Source: a virus. Taken from it: DNA of 64,000 bases. Shown piece after piece: positions 60,191 through 64,000 of the stretch; position 1 is the first letter of the stretch, and the number at the start of each line of letters is the position of its first letter. The translations under genes and the position numbers were made by a program. The stretch spans positions 1,050 to 65,049 of the IMG/VR virus record IMGVR_UViG_3300015195_000004; one strand, written 5' to 3'. A model generated the notes under the pieces. The model saw only the letters and a program-made list of their open reading frames with translations, made no database searches and was not told the origin of the DNA.

Positions 60191-60379
60191 CGGTTTTCTC
60201 CTTATGTGAGAAGTTCTGTTCCCTCAGTATACTCTTATGGTTCTAGGAACGTAAGGGCTATTCTGCAATAAATTGTAAAGAAACACTAACAAAATGCCGC
60301 ACGGTAAGCATTGACATTCTTATGATATGAGAGTATACTATGGATGTCTTCGAGGCAATGCCTCAGAAAAGGAAATAAC

Positions 60380-61673
60380 ATGATTACCGGAACAGATGTT
60401 GAAACCGAGAAGATTCAAGCACTAGCGCAGCATCTTGACATTGGCCTAGATTCGGCAGCATTTAAGTTTGATGCTAGAGATTACAAAGTCCTTACAGATG
60501 AGGAAGCGGATGAAGCAGTTAAGGATTATATTTGCGAATCTGCCTGGGCGTTTAAGGCATCCTTCATTCTGGAGCATACAAAGCTTCCTTACGAAGCAAA
60601 GGAAATGATTGAAAATTTCCAAGAGAAATGCGAAGGAGCAAATGATACGATTCTTGCATTAATCACGGATTTTGATAAGTTTCGTAAAGATGCAGTTAGC
60701 GACGATGGTAGGGGGCATTTTCTAGCAGCATACGATTCTGAAGAGAATGAAGAAGTTGTAAATGGAACTACCTACTTCATCTATAGGGATAACTAGGATG
60801 AAGCAAGCATTAGTATTAGTCCTTACCCTTAATGTAATCCTCTATATGCCTTCTGCCGGATTAGCAAGAGGGGGAGGACATCATTCAAGCAGTCACCACT
60901 CTTACCACCATAGGAGCAGATAATGCCGACTTTTGTAGAGCAAGCAGAATCTTGGGCAAGCGATAAATACCCAAATCATACATTTTGTGATATGGAAATT
61001 TCCGACTGGATTCAACTTATAGAAATGAATTACATAGGAGGTTGGAGGCAGTTTGTTTCTGAGAGGTATCAATGACTAAACAAGAATTACAAGGAATGTT
61101 TGACCGTTTAATTAAAGAACGGCAGCATTTATTCCTTACATATCAATTTACAGCACTAATACAATACATATATCATAATGGGTATAAAGTAGAAGGAAAG
61201 GTTATTATATAATGCCGGATTACAAAACAAATTTCCTGAACATTGAATCTTGGTTGAGGTGTGGTACTACCAGCATTAAGATTGTTAGGCTTTCAACCCC
61301 TTCGGAACCGAACCTAGTATTTCTTCGTGCTGAAGGATTAACTACTTGGGATAGCTATGAGGTTAGGGTATGAGAGATGTATCACGTATAGACAGAATCC
61401 TTGCGTTAGTTCGGGCATATTGGATTAGGAATCCTGACCAGCGTTTCGGGCAAGTTCTACTTAATACTGCATTTCTTGCAAGTGATGCCCCCGTACCGTT
61501 TATGTGGAATCAAGAAGATGATGTCACAGAAAAATGCATCTGGTTTTGGGGCAATGACTAATGCTACTTCTTGCAGCACATTTGGTAGTTTTATCCTTCA
61601 TTATACTAGGATTAAAACTAATAGAATCTCCAGAGTATAAGAAATACAGAAAGCAACGTGGCTACTTCTTGTA
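60380..61673 (+). CDS. plus-strand early genes: 60380-60796 (acidic, DGRGHFL..YD family), 60798-60923, 61370-61561 and other small ORFs
   Basis: Downstream of the 60311 promoter; overlapping stops and starts. Confidence 0.6.
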
Positions 61674-61690
61674 AGCCTAAAGGAATTATT

Positions 61691-62479
61691 ATGAACCTCG
61701 AAAATGCCTTTTCTGATTATGTAAAGTGGATGCTCCAGAATCGGAAATCTCCTCTATCTGCGAAATCTTATGCCGAAACTTTTAACCAGTTTTCAAGAGC
61801 AGGCTATGGGATTGTTGAAGATACGGCAGTTGAATCCTTCCTACAGGCTTTCCCCACCCTCTCTACGAGAAATAAGAAGATAGCTCACCTTCGGGCATTT
61901 AGTTCTTGGGTTAATCGGAAGCCTAGTTTACGCGAAGCAGGATTAGTTAAGGACTTTACCTTCCAGCAGACTAAGCTGCCGGTTTCTTTGCCGGTTATCG
62001 TTTCGCAGGAGGTTCTGGACCCATTCCTTGAACGCCTAGAAGACGAAAACCCTTTCGTTTGGGCACACGCGGTCCTTCTAAAATACACGGGATTACGCTT
62101 CACTGAAGCATGGAGTTTACGAGAGGGTCATTTATGTTACCCCTCACCTGGGGTCGCTTGTATTAAGTTTCGAGGCAAGCGGCAGAATGAAAGAATCGTC
62201 GTTTTGAATAAGGAGGGGCTTGCAGCATTCAAAATATGGACCAAGCAGAACGCTTTCGTTTCTCCAGCAGTGATTAGAACCACCTGGAAGAGGCTACAAG
62301 AGGGTTCAGAGGCGTTTGTGCCTCATGTTGTGCGGCATACTACAGCAAGCAATATGCGGGCCTCTGGGGCATCTTATGACCAGATTGCGGATTTGCTTGG
62401 CAACTCAGTTTCCGTTTGTCGAGAGCGGTATTCGCGTGTTGATATTAATGGAATGAAGGATATTATGGATAAGCTCTAA
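61691..62479 (+). CDS. tyrosine recombinase (Xer/integrase family, 262 aa)
   Basis: YTGLRFTEA (R), FRGKR (K), PHVVRHT (HxxR), LLGN, ERY (Y). Confidence 0.85.
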   Translation: MNLENAFSDYVKWMLQNRKSPLSAKSYAETFNQFSRAGYGIVEDTAVESFLQAFPTLSTRNKKIAHLRAFSSWVNRKPSLREAGLVKDFTFQQTKLPVSLPVIVSQEVLDPFLERLEDENPFVWAHAVLLKYTGLRFTEAWSLREGHLCYPSPGVACIKFRGKRQNERIVVLNKEGLAAFKIWTKQNAFVSPAVIRTTWKRLQEGSEAFVPHVVRHTTASNMRASGASYDQIADLLGNSVSVCRERYSRVDINGMKDIMDKL

Positions 62480-62733
62480 AGGTTATCCCAATATGCAGCA
62501 TATGTTTCATCATCATAAGGGGTAGGAATGTGGAGGTAACGACAAGCTCTGCATTGCCCTGACCCTTGTCCCTCAAATCCTGGGTTTAGCTTCAAAATGC
62601 CGCATTTGGAGCAGGCTACAGCATCCTTTACTTCATATCCATATAAATCTGACCAAACTGGAGCATGGGAATTTTCTATCCAAAGCTCAAAGCATTCTCT
62701 ACGATGCTGACAGGTTTCACATTCACAATACTT
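62476..62733 (-). CDS. Cys-rich hypothetical protein
   Basis: CECETC, CSKC, CRAC; start trimmed to avoid the long overlap with the MazG-like gene. Confidence 0.5.
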   Translation of the reverse strand, partial: KYCECETCQHRRECFELWIENSHAPVWSDLYGYEVKDAVACSKCGILKLNPGFEGQGSGQCRACRYLHIPTPYDDETYAAYWDNL

Positions 62734-63286
62734 CATAACATGTGCAGCTTCCTTCTTCAGTCTTCCAGTGAATCCCATTATGCTCTCTAAAAGGTCTTGG
62801 GAACCCATTACAAGGTCCCTGTCCTTTGGCTGTACATACATGATCTCTAATACAGGTTTGTGGGATCAGTTCTGCATCATTAAATGTTGCCGGTTTTGTA
62901 GGAATTATAGGCTTATTAGGGAAGGTTAAGGCTTTATCTACCCTATCCTGTGCCGCCTTATCTGTATAACCTTTAGGGTATCTTTTTTCTAGTTTATCTA
63001 TGTTAGCTTGTAGCACTTCATCTCTAGATACGTTTAATCCTGCTCTAATACCTTGTAGGTAAAATTCAATGTCGCCAAGCTCCTCAATAGCATTTTCTCT
63101 ATCTAGGGGCTTATTATACACACATGCCTTTTTTATAGCATCAATAAGTTCTCCTGCTTCTCCGCAAATGCCTACAGCCATGTGGAGCAAATGCATATCA
63201 GAGTGAGACATAGAGTTAAGTATGTCTTCTCCGCTCTTGCTATTTCCATTAACCATTGCAGCATGATTTTTTTCTATATTATTCAT
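62723..63286 (-). CDS. MazG-like NTP pyrophosphohydrolase
   Basis: GICGEAGELIDAIKK, EELGDIEFYL, NIDKLEKRYP. Confidence 0.85.
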   Translation of the reverse strand: MNNIEKNHAAMVNGNSKSGEDILNSMSHSDMHLLHMAVGICGEAGELIDAIKKACVYNKPLDRENAIEELGDIEFYLQGIRAGLNVSRDEVLQANIDKLEKRYPKGYTDKAAQDRVDKALTFPNKPIIPTKPATFNDAELIPQTCIRDHVCTAKGQGPCNGFPRPFREHNGIHWKTEEGSCTCYEVL

Positions 63287-63471
63287 TTCTTGCTCCTAAG
63301 TTCTAAAGCTATATCAAGCAGCAAATTTAAAGTAACCGATTGATTTAATAATATATGGGCCATCGTTTTTACTTCTACAGAGTTAAACCATCGTTTAGCT
63401 AAAAGCTCTGCCATTTGGGCAGTATGTTCATTAGCAATCTTTACGTGTTCAGCTAATTGGTTATCGGTCAT
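63283..63471 (-). CDS. hypothetical protein
   Basis: ORF track; ATGA overlaps. Confidence 0.55.
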   Translation of the reverse strand: MTDNQLAEHVKIANEHTAQMAELLAKRWFNSVEVKTMAHILLNQSVTLNLLLDIALELRSKK

Positions 63472-63806
63472 TTTAATACTCCTCTATTCTGTCCTTGAAA
63501 ATGGTATTCTTTCGCATAAAATGCCCTAAATAGGGGGTCTATAATAGCATCAGGAATAGCCTTAGTGCCACACGTAAACAGGTCGATAGAAACAATTCCT
63601 AGGTCTGGGCTAGAATGTAGGGCTAGGTGGCTCTCAGAGAGAAGGAAAATGATACTCAAGCCTTGTGGGCTGAATTGGTGACAAACCTCTCCTAAGACGG
63701 TCAGACGGGCCTTTATCGCCGCATTCTTAAGCTCTTTGAAGCAGTACTCCATGCTGTTCGTAGCTTGAGGACAGCAGCCAAAGAAATCTAGGGTCATACT
63801 TCTCAT
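63468..63806 (-). CDS. speD: S-adenosylmethionine decarboxylase proenzyme
   Basis: HQFSPQGLS, LLSESHLALH (self-cleavage ES), IDLFTCG. Confidence 0.9.
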   Translation of the reverse strand: MRSMTLDFFGCCPQATNSMEYCFKELKNAAIKARLTVLGEVCHQFSPQGLSIIFLLSESHLALHSSPDLGIVSIDLFTCGTKAIPDAIIDPLFRAFYAKEYHFQGQNRGVLK

Positions 63807-64000
63807 ATTAATTCATCTGTGTTTTCATGAGGATAATATACTTCTGACCTTTAATAGGGACCCAACCAAGCCAACTTGCTTCGGTATCTAACCTTACTTC
63901 GTTACGAGATTCTACAATAATGACATCTTTAAGTATAGGGGAGGTTGCTTCATTATCTGGTCTCATGGGTTTAGTGCCCTCTGTGTATTCTGCATATTAA

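Larger units (their letters stand above)
54479..60339. promoter_or_regulatory. array of about 11 sigma70-type promoters (54479-54507, 54912-54940, 55298-55326, 56106-56134, 57381-57409, 57730-57758, 57979-58007, 58559-58587, 58787-58816, 59208-59237 on minus; 60311-60339 on plus)
   Basis: TTGAC/TTGCA/TTGAT boxes with 17-18-bp spacers and TAnnnT-type -10 boxes read directly. Confidence 0.8.

Noticed and set aside
61563-61671. 11-bp direct repeat GCTACTTCTTG upstream of the recombinase as a possible att site
   Set aside because: Both copies lie in a small ORF and lack the inverted-arm/spacer structure of tyrosine recombinase sites
1-64000. tRNA, tmRNA, rRNA genes and CRISPR arrays
   Set aside because: No cloverleaf with a proper T-arm and no regularly spaced 25-40-nt repeats seen by eye; GGGTTTCAACTCCC at 27953 resembles a T-arm but lacks the rest
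1-64000. Stop-codon reassignment
   Set aside because: Long structural genes are open in the standard code, and TAG, TGA and TAA all end genes at tight junctions

Overview
An AT-rich segment of a large tailed dsDNA phage genome with siphovirus-like organisation; the host is unknown. Positions ~1.6-40 kb carry a minus-strand late module. In transcription order it encodes HNH and EndoVII nucleases, small and large terminase, portal, protease/scaffold, decoration protein, major capsid, head-tail adaptors, tail tube, a tail chaperone with a -1 slippery site, tape measure, distal tail/hub, fibres and a GH25 lysis cassette. Short plus-strand cassettes with their own sigma70-type promoters interrupt this module, one carrying a DNA ligase. 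Positions ~40-54 kb hold minus-strand accessory and nucleotide-metabolism genes. Positions ~54-62.5 kb are a promoter-dense block of very small genes with a LuxR-type HTH and a tyrosine recombinase, followed by MazG-like and SAM decarboxylase genes. More than 20 near-consensus TTGACA-17-TATAAT-type promoters can be read directly, about nine of them leaderless. No tRNA, rRNA, CRISPR array or reverse transcriptase was seen. The most promising leads are: (i) an RlmN/Cfr-like radical SAM enzyme coupled to two zinc deaminases (one with an altered catalytic motif), with a TYW3-like protein and SpeD nearby, suggesting a nucleic-acid modification toolkit; (ii) two candidate structured ncRNAs sharing short motifs; (iii) strong over-representation of the pentamer TGCCG/CGGCA; (iv) a recurring AGAGTAT operator in the early promoters; (v) a G-rich inverted repeat flanking an HNH-AP2 gene. 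All functional calls come from motif recognition by eye; no database searches were run.
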